Shown here: piece after piece, positions 23,592 through 32,936 of the stretch
Layout: each line of letters opens with the position of its first letter
Numbering within the stretch: the stretch's first letter is position 1
Assembly: GCA_045047115.1 (NCBI GenBank)
Contig: JASFYR010000005.1
Coordinates: 32,001-96,000, forward strand
Direction of reading: 5' to 3'
Source of the DNA: Sulfurospirillum sp.
GTDB taxonomy: Bacteria > Campylobacterota > Campylobacteria > Campylobacterales > Sulfurospirillaceae
Length of the DNA stretch: 64,000 nucleotides
Notes under the pieces: generated by a model
Database searches by the model: none
What the model saw: the letters and a program-made list of their open reading frames with translations, nothing else
What the model was told of the DNA's origin: nothing
Position numbers and translations under genes: made by a program

Positions 23592-24917
23592 ATGGCTCAA
23601 AGAGCGATTCGTGAATATGATGGAAAAGCACTTTTCTCCAAACACTGGGAAAAATACTTTAGTGGGTTTCATTATGGTTTTAAATCTGTACTGGTAAGCA
23701 GTGGAGATGAATTGAGAAAAAAGGCTGAGGAGCACGGCTTTGAGTGGTTGAAGCAAGAGTCACTTGTTGCAAAACCTGATATGCTTTTTGGAAAAAGAGG
23801 AAAAAACGGACTAGTTCTTTTTAAAGATAAAAAACCGGGTGATGTCTCCTTGGATGTTGCGGCAGATTGGATAGATGAAAAAATTTCCCACCCTGTTACC
23901 CTCTTAAGCGGTCAACACGGAACGCTTACGCATTTTATAGTTGAACCATTTACTCCACACAATGAAGAGCAGGAGTATTATCTATCTGCAACAACGGTAG
24001 GTGAAGATGATGTCTTGTATATGTCAACAGAGGGTGGCATGGAGATAGAAGACGGTTGGGAGGACAAGGTTACCGAAGTTGTAATTCCAATCAATATGGA
24101 AGATGCAAACATAGACCATGTAGTCAGAGCAAATGCTCCTGCTGATCTGCCGGTAGATAAAAAAGATGCCTTTGTCTCTTTTGCTATAGATTTTTTTAGA
24201 TTTTACAGAGATTTAAACTTTGCGTATCTCGAGATAAATCCCCTTGTTATGCTTGAGGATAATGAGATGGCCATACTTGATCTTGTGGCAAGACTAGACG
24301 ATACTGCAGGTTACTTGATGGAAGATGATTGGGGTAAGATAGAATTTCCGACAGCTTTTGGCATGGAAGACCAATCAGAAGAAGAGAAAGCTATAGCGGA
24401 TGCTGATGCAAAAAGTGGAGCATCTTTGAAACTTACTATTCTAAATCCTATGGGCAGGATCTGGACTATGGTAGCAGGTGGTGGAGCGAGTGTTGTATAT
24501 GCAGATACTATCGCTGATCTTAGCGGAAATGTTAGTGAGCTTGCAAACTATGGTGAGTATAGTGGAGGGCCTACTACGGGTGAAACAAAGTTTTATGCAG
24601 ATACTATTTTTGATCTCATGACAAGATTTAAAGACCCAAAAGGCAGAGGCAAGATTTTGATTATCGGAGGAGCTATCGCAAATTTTACTGATGTTGCAAA
24701 AACTTTTACAGGCATTATTCAGTCTTTGGAAGAGTATGCAGATAAATTAAAAGATGTTGGTGTCAAAATATATGTTCGTCGTGGTGGACCTAACTATGAA
24801 AAAGGACTTAAAGATATAAAAGAGGCAGCAGATAGACTTGGGCTTTATATGGAGGTTTATGGACCAGAGACCCATGTAACAGATATAGTAAGAATGTCTT
24901 TAGAAAATGGAGAGTAA
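23592..24917 (+). CDS. aclB: ATP citrate lyase subunit beta
   Basis: MAQRAIREYDGK, VAKPDMLFGKRGK, GASLKLTILNP, AGGGASVVYADT, NYGEYSG, GGAIANFT, RRGGPNY. Confidence 0.96.
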   Translation: MAQRAIREYDGKALFSKHWEKYFSGFHYGFKSVLVSSGDELRKKAEEHGFEWLKQESLVAKPDMLFGKRGKNGLVLFKDKKPGDVSLDVAADWIDEKISHPVTLLSGQHGTLTHFIVEPFTPHNEEQEYYLSATTVGEDDVLYMSTEGGMEIEDGWEDKVTEVVIPINMEDANIDHVVRANAPADLPVDKKDAFVSFAIDFFRFYRDLNFAYLEINPLVMLEDNEMAILDLVARLDDTAGYLMEDDWGKIEFPTAFGMEDQSEEEKAIADADAKSGASLKLTILNPMGRIWTMVAGGGASVVYADTIADLSGNVSELANYGEYSGGPTTGETKFYADTIFDLMTRFKDPKGRGKILIIGGAIANFTDVAKTFTGIIQSLEEYADKLKDVGVKIYVRRGGPNYEKGLKDIKEAADRLGLYMEVYGPETHVTDIVRMSLENGE

Positions 24918-24918
24918 G

Positions 24919-26733
24919 ATGAGTAAATTATTTACAAAAGATACACAAGCGATATTTTGGAACAATAACAGAAGTGCGATCCAAAGAATGTTGGATTATG
25001 ATTACACGATAGACAGAGAGACTCCTTCTATCGCTGCTATTGTAGCTCCTACAAGCAGTGCAAAGTTTGATAAATTTTTCTGGGGTGGCGAAGAGATAAT
25101 GATACCACTTTATAGAAGCACTCCTGAAGCTGTGGAAGTGCACAAAAATGCAAATGTACTCCTAAACTTTGGCTCTTTTAGAACAGCTTACGATGTCGTG
25201 ATGGAAGCTATAGAGCTAGATAGTCAGTTCAAAACCATAATGGTAACAGCCGAGGGTATCCCCGAGAGAAGAGCTAGAACTATGAATCAAGCCGCAAGAG
25301 ACAAGGGTGTGACTGTCATAGGGCCAGCTACTGTTGGTGCTATCGCTCCGGGAGCTTTTAAGATAGCAAACATCGGTGGAACTATCGAAAATATAGTAAA
25401 ATCAAAACTAAATAGATGTGGTAGTTGCGGACTGGTTACCAGAAGTGGTGGACTTTTCAATGAGATGTCAAATATCATAGCATTAAATGCAGACGGCATA
25501 GCCGAGGGTGTTGCAATAGGTGGCGATAGATTTGTAGGTTCTGTTTTTATAGACAATCTCCTTAGAATGGAAAGCAATCCGGATGTGAAATATATGATTT
25601 TGCTAGGTGAAGTTGGTGGAACCGAAGAGTATAAAGTCATAGAAGCTGTAAAAAGCGGGAAAATTACAAAGCCTATCATATCTTGGTGTATAGGCACAAT
25701 CGCAAAGCATTTTGAAAGCGGAGTACAGTTTGGACACGCGGGAGCCAGTGCAAATGCCGATAGAGAGACGGCTGAAGCCAAAAACAAGGCGATGAAAGAG
25801 GCAGGTTTTTATGTTCCTGATTCATTTAATGATATACCAGCAACCATCCATAAGGTATATGAAGATCTTTTAGCGAAAGGTATTATAATGCCTATAGTTG
25901 AGCCGGAAATAAAATCCATACCAAAAAATAGAAAAGCTAGAAATTTTATCTGTACTATCAGTGATGATAGAGGTGAAGAAGCGACATATTGTGGCATACC
26001 TATATCAAAAGTGGCAACTCCTGATACAGGGTTTTCATTAGGTGATGTTATGAGTCTTCTTTGGTTTAAGAAGAGATATCCAAAATGGGCAGTTGAGTTT
26101 ATAGAGACAGTACTTAAAACTGTAGCAGACCATGGTCCTGCAGTCAGTGGCGCTCACAATGCAAAAGTAACTGCAAGAGCCGGTAAGGATGTTGTCAGTT
26201 CTCTGATAGCTGGACTTTTAACAATAGGACCAAGATTTGGCGGAGCGATAGACGGAGCTGCAAAATACTTCAAATATGGTTATGATAACAATCTTTCACC
26301 AAAAGAATTTTTGGCATATATGAAAAAACAGGGTATCCCGATTCCGGGTATCGGTCATAGGATAAAATCACTCAGAAATCCGGATTTAAGAGTTTCCGGA
26401 CTTAAAAAGTATGCAGACGAGTACTTCCCTTCCCATCCTGTTTTAAATTATGCTTTAGAAATTGAAAAGATGACTACAAGCAAAAAAGATAACTTAATCC
26501 TAAATGTTGACGGAACTATCGGTGTTTTAATGGTTGATATGTGGAAAGAGTTGGGATATGACGATGATGAAATAGGAACATTTATAGATGCGGGTGCATT
26601 AAATGCTTTCTTTATACTGGGAAGATGTATCGGTTTTATCGGACATATTCTCGACGAGAAGAGGCTAAATATGCCTATGTACAGACATCCTTGGGATGAT
26701 ATACTTTATGATATAGAGACTGCAGAAATATAA
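24919..26733 (+). CDS. aclA: ATP citrate lyase subunit alpha
   Basis: QRMLDYD, GPATVG, QFGHAG phospho-His motif, DHGPAVSGAHN, GIGHRIKS, LNVDG; start placed at MSKLF after GGAG RBS. Confidence 0.96.
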   Translation: MSKLFTKDTQAIFWNNNRSAIQRMLDYDYTIDRETPSIAAIVAPTSSAKFDKFFWGGEEIMIPLYRSTPEAVEVHKNANVLLNFGSFRTAYDVVMEAIELDSQFKTIMVTAEGIPERRARTMNQAARDKGVTVIGPATVGAIAPGAFKIANIGGTIENIVKSKLNRCGSCGLVTRSGGLFNEMSNIIALNADGIAEGVAIGGDRFVGSVFIDNLLRMESNPDVKYMILLGEVGGTEEYKVIEAVKSGKITKPIISWCIGTIAKHFESGVQFGHAGASANADRETAEAKNKAMKEAGFYVPDSFNDIPATIHKVYEDLLAKGIIMPIVEPEIKSIPKNRKARNFICTISDDRGEEATYCGIPISKVATPDTGFSLGDVMSLLWFKKRYPKWAVEFIETVLKTVADHGPAVSGAHNAKVTARAGKDVVSSLIAGLLTIGPRFGGAIDGAAKYFKYGYDNNLSPKEFLAYMKKQGIPIPGIGHRIKSLRNPDLRVSGLKKYADEYFPSHPVLNYALEIEKMTTSKKDNLILNVDGTIGVLMVDMWKELGYDDDEIGTFIDAGALNAFFILGRCIGFIGHILDEKRLNMPMYRHPWDDILYDIETAEI

Positions 26734-26741
26734 ACACATAT

Positions 26742-26775
26742 ATACGGGGACAGACAGCCTTGTCTATCCCCGTAT
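26742..26775. terminator. GC-rich stem-loop downstream of aclA
   Basis: ATACGGGGACAGACA-GCCT-TGTCTATCCCCGTAT. Confidence 0.6.
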
Positions 26776-26834
26776 TATCATTTTGTTACTCCTAAATGGT
26801 ATAATTACAACACAATACATTAAGGAGATAGCAC

Positions 26835-28280
26835 ATGAATAAAAAAACAAAGATTTTAGCTACTGTCGGACCTGCCAGCGAGAGCGTGGAAGTTTTGGAA
26901 GGTTTGATAAATGCCGGTGTAGATGTATTTAGACTAAACTTTAGTCATGGAACTCACGAGTACCATGAAAATATGCTAAAAAATATAAGAGAAGCAGAAA
27001 AAAATATTGGCAAAAGAGTCGGCATACTTCAAGACATCTGTGGTCCAAAGATAAGAGTTGGCAAACTAAATAATGATTTTAATCTCAAAGCACAAGATAA
27101 GTTGATTTTTTTACGAAAAGAGATAGTGGGTAGGCAGGCAGATGAGCATATATATGAGCTTAGCATCAATCAGCATGATGTTTTAGACATGCTTAAAGTG
27201 GGAGAGTATATATATCTGTATGACGGAAATATTAGAGCAAGAGTTAGCAAAGTAGGTGAAACTATAGAAACTGTTGTCCAAAACAGTGGCAAGCTCTCAT
27301 CAAACAAAGGTGTGAATTTTCCAAATACTGTGATAAATATAGATGTTATTACAGAAAAAGACGAGAAAGATTTACAGTGGGGTGCAAAAAATGGAGTTGA
27401 TTTTGTAGCTGTATCATTTGTGCAGAGTGCAAAAGATATCCTTCACGCAAGAGAGTTATTGAGCAAGTTTGGCTCAAGTTCTCGCATAATTGCCAAAATA
27501 GAAAAATTTGATGCCGTTGAAAATATAGATGAGATATTAAAGGTTAGTGATGGAGTGATGGTTGCAAGAGGCGACCTGGGTATAGAAGTGCCCTATTATA
27601 AAGTGCCAAGTATCCAAAAGAGAATCATAAGAAAAGCAAATGCAGCCTCCAAGCCGGTTATCACAGCCACACAAATGCTTTTGTCTATGGCAGAAAATGA
27701 GATGGCAACAAGGGCGGAGATAAGTGACGTGGCAAATGCGGTTCTGGATGGTACAGATGCAGTAATGCTCAGTGAAGAGAGCGCGATAGGCAATAATCCC
27801 GTAAATGTTGTAGAGGTTATGGCAAATACTATAAAAGAGACAGAAGAGGTATATCCATATAATAAATTTGATAGATATAGGTTTTTGGATGAGACAGATA
27901 TCATATCTTCATCAACCGCAAAATTAGCCCAACAGCTTGATGTAGATGCGATAATATCCATAACAACTTCAGGAAAATCAGCAATAAAACTAGCAAGATA
28001 CAGGATAAAAAATGATATATATGCAGTAACTCACGATGAAAAAACAGCGAGATCATTGAGTATAGTGTGGGGTCTGAAGCCATTGATGTATATAAAAAAC
28101 CAAAATCCAAGCTTGATGCTCTCAGATATGTTAAAAGAGGCCATCAATGAAAATGTCATCAATGAAGAGGGTACTTATATAGTAACTGCCGGTTTTCCAA
28201 CAGGATGCGAGGGGAGTACGAACTTTATAAGGATACTCAAAAAAGAGCAGATTGAGTACTACAAAAACTTAGTATTTTAG
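26835..28280 (+). CDS. pyk: Pyruvate kinase
   Basis: TKILATVGPAS, RLNFSHG, IAKIEK, MVARGDLG, ATQML, DGTDAVMLSEESA; TGGTATAAT promoter upstream. Confidence 0.97.
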   Translation: MNKKTKILATVGPASESVEVLEGLINAGVDVFRLNFSHGTHEYHENMLKNIREAEKNIGKRVGILQDICGPKIRVGKLNNDFNLKAQDKLIFLRKEIVGRQADEHIYELSINQHDVLDMLKVGEYIYLYDGNIRARVSKVGETIETVVQNSGKLSSNKGVNFPNTVINIDVITEKDEKDLQWGAKNGVDFVAVSFVQSAKDILHARELLSKFGSSSRIIAKIEKFDAVENIDEILKVSDGVMVARGDLGIEVPYYKVPSIQKRIIRKANAASKPVITATQMLLSMAENEMATRAEISDVANAVLDGTDAVMLSEESAIGNNPVNVVEVMANTIKETEEVYPYNKFDRYRFLDETDIISSSTAKLAQQLDVDAIISITTSGKSAIKLARYRIKNDIYAVTHDEKTARSLSIVWGLKPLMYIKNQNPSLMLSDMLKEAINENVINEEGTYIVTAGFPTGCEGSTNFIRILKKEQIEYYKNLVF

Positions 28281-28292
28281 CTGGAGGTTTAG

Positions 28293-29042
28293 ATGAATTA
28301 TATTTTTTTTATTATAGTTGTGGCGGTTTTTTATATATTGACTCGAAATTATAAGAGTGACGGGTACAATATAAATATAGATACAAAACAGAAATTTAAC
28401 GGAAACTTAGAAAATCATGAAGCTGGACTGCTTGTGGCTTTGATGGCAAAAGTAGCAAAAGCCGATGGGCATGTGAGTGAACTAGAGGCTGAGCTTTTGG
28501 GCAATACACTCACTCAACTCTCATCTGTTTTTCAAAATCAGGCTGAAGTCAGAGAAAAACTAAAGGTGATATATAAAAAAGAGCTGGATAGTTTTGAAAA
28601 TACTATAGAGATTGCCAAAAAATACTTCAAACTCACCCAAAGAGACTATCGCAAAAGGGTCATGACGCTAGAATATCTTTTAAATCTCGCATATATAGAC
28701 AATGAGTTTACACAAGAAGAGAGAATGATATGCGAAGATATAGCAGATGCCTTGGAGATAAAAAAAGCAGATTTTGATGCACTTGTCATAAAATTTAGAA
28801 ATTTTTACGCTAACCAATACAATAATCAGGTAAATACTCTCCAAAATGCATACAAAGTTTTAGGTGCCAGTAAAAGCGATGATATGGTGACTATCAAAAC
28901 CAAATATAAAAAATTAGTAAGAGAAAACCATCCTGATTTACTGATGGGAAAAGGTGCAGGACAGTCTATCATAGACAAAGCAACTATAAAACTTCAAGAG
29001 ATAAACGAAGCTTATGAAATCATCAAAAAGAGTAGGTCTTGA
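28293..29042 (+). CDS. djlA: DjlA-type co-chaperone (TerB-like plus C-terminal J domain)
   Basis: AKVAKADG, AYKVLG, YKKLVRENHPD, QEINEAYE. Confidence 0.85.
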   Translation: MNYIFFIIVVAVFYILTRNYKSDGYNINIDTKQKFNGNLENHEAGLLVALMAKVAKADGHVSELEAELLGNTLTQLSSVFQNQAEVREKLKVIYKKELDSFENTIEIAKKYFKLTQRDYRKRVMTLEYLLNLAYIDNEFTQEERMICEDIADALEIKKADFDALVIKFRNFYANQYNNQVNTLQNAYKVLGASKSDDMVTIKTKYKKLVRENHPDLLMGKGAGQSIIDKATIKLQEINEAYEIIKKSRS

Positions 29043-29839
29043 TAAGATTTATGCTGTTTTTGTTGCCGATAGTTTTGTCTGCATATCAGATAAAAAATGG
29101 TGAAGTAAAGCTCATAAATCTGGATAAAAATTCTACAATAATTTTTGGGAGTAAAAAGATACCGGCTATAGAAAATCCTGCAAAAAAAGGAAGTTATTTT
29201 GCTCTTATTCCTATAAAATACAGAGAAAAACCAGGCCTTTATACTATCTTGGTTGACGGTAAAAAAAAGGCTCTGCATGTAGAGCTTAAAAAATATAAAA
29301 AAGAGTATATAAAAGTAGCAAAATCCAAGGTAAAACCAAATAAAAAAGCACTCGAAAGGATATATAAAGAGTATAAAAACGCTATGAAGATTTACTCAAA
29401 AATTACGCCAAAAAGATACTGGAGTAAGCCATTTATCCTGCCACTGCACTCAAAATTGACAAGTAGTTATGGCAATGCAAGGATCTTTAATCATACGCTA
29501 AAAAGTTTTCACAGCGGGGCTGATTTTAGAGCAAAGATGGGCACACAAGTGCGAGCGACAAATGACGGTGTAGTAGTGATAGCAAGTAAGAGATACTATG
29601 CAGGTGGCTCAGTAGTGATAGATCACGGTGAGGGTCTTTACAGCTGCTACTTTCACCTAAGCAAGATTTTGGTAAAAATAGGGCAGAAGGTAAGGCAAAA
29701 AGAGCTTCTGGGCTTAAGTGGCAAGAGTGGTAGAGTAAATGGACCCCATCTTCATTACGGTATCAGACTGTATAATTATGCCATAAATCCTCTGCAGTTT
29801 ACAAAAGAGATAGATACTATATTTGAAATTAAAAAATGA
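29039..29839 (+). CDS. M23 family metallopeptidase
   Basis: HSGADFRA, IDHGEGLYSCYFHLS, GPHLHY. Confidence 0.92.
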   Translation: MIRFMLFLLPIVLSAYQIKNGEVKLINLDKNSTIIFGSKKIPAIENPAKKGSYFALIPIKYREKPGLYTILVDGKKKALHVELKKYKKEYIKVAKSKVKPNKKALERIYKEYKNAMKIYSKITPKRYWSKPFILPLHSKLTSSYGNARIFNHTLKSFHSGADFRAKMGTQVRATNDGVVVIASKRYYAGGSVVIDHGEGLYSCYFHLSKILVKIGQKVRQKELLGLSGKSGRVNGPHLHYGIRLYNYAINPLQFTKEIDTIFEIKK

Positions 29840-30435
29840 AGTTTGTATATATAATTCTTTGGGCAAGCATCATGTTGTTTGGCTCAAGCTGTGCCGACCA
29901 ATACAGTAATGAAAATTACACGACAGCATCACAGAGTTTTGGAGATGAAGTGGGTGGAAGCTTAAAAAAGTATTTTGGCAAAGATATGCAAGAGTTTAAG
30001 GAGTTTGAAAAAACAGGTATCCAAGAAGAGATATACTATCTGAAAAAAGGTTTTTTTGTAAGAAATGGAGACAACTACTATCCTGTAAAAGATGGAGTCT
30101 GGAAGTTGCATGCTGACAAAAATAGCAAGATAGATGCATTAGATATAGCAAAAAATACCCTATACCAAGATTCTGTAGAGGATATAGCAAATGATTTAAA
30201 CTCTGATATGGACAATCTTTGGGCAAAATGGGGTGGAGATGCTTACGGACATTATATGGTTCCTGAGTATGTCCAAATCCACTACAATAATTTTTACATA
30301 TCACTAAAAGCCAACATATACGGAAGCGAGGGAGATTCAACCGGACTAAAAAAAGCTTTTTTGGATTTTTATATCATCAATAATACAGATGAGGTAAATA
30401 GATATGTAAGATGTTCTAAGAGCATAAAAAAGTAG
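29836..30435 (+). CDS. Hypothetical exported protein
   Basis: Signal-peptide-like N-terminus; ATGA overlap with the M23 gene. Confidence 0.7.
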   Translation: MKFVYIILWASIMLFGSSCADQYSNENYTTASQSFGDEVGGSLKKYFGKDMQEFKEFEKTGIQEEIYYLKKGFFVRNGDNYYPVKDGVWKLHADKNSKIDALDIAKNTLYQDSVEDIANDLNSDMDNLWAKWGGDAYGHYMVPEYVQIHYNNFYISLKANIYGSEGDSTGLKKAFLDFYIINNTDEVNRYVRCSKSIKK

Positions 30436-30474
30436 TCATTAATTGTGAGCGTTAAATATTATAAGGAGTTAAAA

Positions 30475-30936
30475 ATGAGAGCAATAGGTAATTTACTGTG
30501 GTTTCTTTTGGGTGGTGTTGTTATGGGGCTTGCTTGGTGGTTGGTTGGATTAATTGCTTTTGCTACAGTAGTTGGAATTCCTTGGGGGCGAGCTTGCTTT
30601 GTAATTGGTAACTTTTCATTTTTTCCATTTGGTAAAGAGGCAATAAGCCGCAAAGAACTAACTGGGCAAGAAGACATAGGTACTGGTAGTTTTGGTGTGT
30701 TAGGAAATATAATTTGGTTTTTATTTGCTGGTTTTTGGCTAGCGCTTGGGCATGTGATTTCAGCTATGTTTAATTTTATAACCATCATTGGTATACCTTT
30801 CGGTATTCAGCATTTAAAACTTGCAGGAATCGCAATTTCTCCGATTGGAAAAACTATCGTTACAAAAGAAGTTGCAGCAGCAGCGCGTTTAGCAAATGCA
30901 AAGTCAACAGTAGCTGACATGAGAGACAACACATAG
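30475..30936 (+). CDS. yccF: YccF domain inner membrane protein
   Basis: Two repeats: GNLLWFLLGG...VGIPWG and GNIIWFLFAG...ITIIGIPFGIQHLK; ATG after AAGGAG. Confidence 0.92.
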   Translation: MRAIGNLLWFLLGGVVMGLAWWLVGLIAFATVVGIPWGRACFVIGNFSFFPFGKEAISRKELTGQEDIGTGSFGVLGNIIWFLFAGFWLALGHVISAMFNFITIIGIPFGIQHLKLAGIAISPIGKTIVTKEVAAAARLANAKSTVADMRDNT

Positions 30937-30993
30937 GTTTAAAGCAGATAAAACATATAAATATTTATATATGTTTGAAAAAGAGATCTGATA

Positions 30994-31028
30994 TTTCCCA
31001 TTCTGCCCTAGTAGAGCAAAATGGGAAA
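30994..31028 (-). terminator. Stem-loop between convergent yccF and the ABM pseudogene
   Basis: Minus strand TTTCCCATTTTGCTCT-ACT-AGGGCAGAATGGGAAA; fully paired using G-U only on this strand. Confidence 0.6.
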
Positions 31029-31030
31029 AA

Positions 31031-31223
31031 TTAGGCTACAACCTTATATACTTCAACCTCAGATTTTCCACTAAACCAATCTCTCGAGGGATGTAAAATC
31101 TTTGCTTCAACACATCCTGGCTGCTCCAGTATGTTGTGTTTTTTTGGCAGCCTCTAGCAAGTGTTTTGCATACTCTTTATTGTACTCTTCTTTGATAGGA
31201 AATCTTGTGAAAACTACGACCAT
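31031..31223 (-). pseudogene. Frameshifted, internally shortened antibiotic-biosynthesis-monooxygenase (ABM/IsdG-like) gene
   Basis: AAGGAG RBS; removing one A from an A7 run gives MVVVFTRFPIKEEYNKEYAKHLLEAAKKHNILEQPGCVEAKILHPSRDWFSGKSEVEVYKVVA*. Confidence 0.6.
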
Positions 31224-31315
31224 GATACCGCTCCTTAAAATTATTTATATTTTTGTAAATATCACAAAAATATCATTTGGAATGATACTCTTTATATGTA
31301 AATATATTAAAAATT

Positions 31316-31531
31316 TTATCTTTTATTTTTACATCTGGACCCGTTTATGGCAAAATAAATCAGATCTTTTATGACTAGTATCAGGCAGTAGAGCCATAGG
31401 GTTATAAGTATATAATTACTTTTATATAAACCCTCAAAGTAGAGGTACCCAAAACCAAGGAAATATGGCCATTTTAGAAAATAGAAGAAAAGTATGCCTG
31501 CTCCATATATCTCTTTGAAAAAATGTTTCAT
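31316..31531 (-). CDS. Small hypothetical membrane protein
   Basis: 71 aa with two hydrophobic/aromatic segments; AAGGA RBS upstream. Confidence 0.6.
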   Translation of the reverse strand: MKHFFKEIYGAGILFFYFLKWPYFLGFGYLYFEGLYKSNYILITLWLYCLILVIKDLIYFAINGSRCKNKR

Positions 31532-31604
31532 CTTTTTAGTATCCTTTTTATTTTTTGTATGAAATTATGCTAAAATAGCAAATAACAAACAAAAGGAGAT
31601 GGTA

Positions 31605-31691
31605 TTGGAGTATAACATTTTGGGTCTTATTTTTGCCTCAGTAGTGGTTGTGTCGTTTTTTATGGTAGCACTCACAAAAGAGAAAAAGTAA
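31605..31691 (+). CDS. Small single-TM protein (28 aa)
   Basis: TGCTAAAAT extended -10, AAGGAG RBS 6 nt before TTG; MEYNILGLIFASVVVVSFFMVALTKEKK. Confidence 0.55.
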   Translation: MEYNILGLIFASVVVVSFFMVALTKEKK

Positions 31692-31697
31692 TGCCTC

Positions 31698-32936
31698 CTA
31701 AACAACTCCTGCGTTAGAAACAGGTTCCACTTTCGGTTTGGTATCTTTTAAAAGCAGGGTAGGCTCATCAAAAGGTGCCAGTCGCTCCATAAAATCTATT
31801 ATGCTTAGTAGTGGGGTAGCATAAAAAAATTTTAGTTGATGATTGTATTGCCATAGTTTGTCAGCATAGATAAGCACAAGATAGGGTATGTCACTAATAC
31901 CATCACCATTTTTGTCAAATCCTATATACCTATCCCAATAATTTTCCTCTATACTGTTTTCGTCATGAAACTCTCCACTAACATCCTTTACAACATCTTC
32001 CAGGTTTCCTACGATATTGTTATACTTGATGGTGTTGTTTTTTATGGTTGTATAGAAATGAAAAGCAACATTGTTATTTATGATACTATTGTACTTTATA
32101 TATCTTTGCATTCCAATCTCTACCGGGCTTGAGCTTATGTAGATAGCTTGAGCATGTCCGCTTAGAGTGTTGTGGCTGACATGTATATTTTTGCCACCAT
32201 CTAACATGATGCCAATACCAGTACTGAGGTGAGTTTTTATGATGATGTTGTTAGCTATGTTGATATTTTTTCCACCCTTGCATCTTACTCCTACATAATT
32301 TGAATATATTTTGTTGGATCTTATAGATATATCGTTACTCATATCGCTTAACACTCCATATCTTCCATTTTTCATAGTGTTGTTTTTTATTTTGTTGTGA
32401 TTTGATCTGCTTAGGGCTATGTCTCTGCTTAGGGAGAGATTATTGTTTTCTATGAGATTATTGCTTGAATTATATAGTCGTATTCCGTCACCTCTGTTGT
32501 CAACCACCTTTTCTTTATATGATGTTATTGTATTGTCTATGATTTTAGAGTATTTTGTATTGTGAAATACAATTCCAAAGAGCGTTTTGTAAAAGTTGCA
32601 GTTTTTTATCTCTACATGTAAAGCATTCTCTACTTTGACGCCACTGTCAAGATTGTATCTTTGGTGTCCACTCCCCCTTATGGTGAGATTTTCGATATTT
32701 ACATCAGAGCTTTTAATAGTTATTACTGTACCATTTCCAGAATTTTCTATGATGCTGTCTTTCCCTGCTCCGGATATTATCAAAGGTTTGTCAATAATAA
32801 TAGGACCTTTAAATACCCCTTTGGGTAGTTCTATTTTTGAGCCTGGTGTTGCAAGAGTTATGATCTGCTTTAAGCTCTGGTTTGCCAGTAGTGGCAGAGT
32901 CAAAAAAAGAGTGAAGATTATAAAAGATTTTCTCAT
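31698..32936 (-). CDS. nosD: NosD family periplasmic right-handed beta-helix protein
   Basis: Signal peptide; GPIIIDKPL, RGDGIRLYNS, GRYGV, NYWDRYIGFDKNGDGISDIPY, FFYATP...ERLAPF. Confidence 0.85.
   Translation of the reverse strand: MRKSFIIFTLFLTLPLLANQSLKQIITLATPGSKIELPKGVFKGPIIIDKPLIISGAGKDSIIENSGNGTVITIKSSDVNIENLTIRGSGHQRYNLDSGVKVENALHVEIKNCNFYKTLFGIVFHNTKYSKIIDNTITSYKEKVVDNRGDGIRLYNSSNNLIENNNLSLSRDIALSRSNHNKIKNNTMKNGRYGVLSDMSNDISIRSNKIYSNYVGVRCKGGKNINIANNIIIKTHLSTGIGIMLDGGKNIHVSHNTLSGHAQAIYISSSPVEIGMQRYIKYNSIINNNVAFHFYTTIKNNTIKYNNIVGNLEDVVKDVSGEFHDENSIEENYWDRYIGFDKNGDGISDIPYLVLIYADKLWQYNHQLKFFYATPLLSIIDFMERLAPFDEPTLLLKDTKPKVEPVSNAGVV

Noticed and set aside
25287..25787. 166-aa antisense ORF within aclA, and the many other short antisense or alternate-frame ORFs in the track
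   Set aside because: Shadow ORFs of well-supported genes, with no RBS or recognisable motifs
31102..31374. 90-aa plus-strand ORF
   Set aside because: No RBS; antisense to the better-supported ABM pseudogene and the 71-aa ORF
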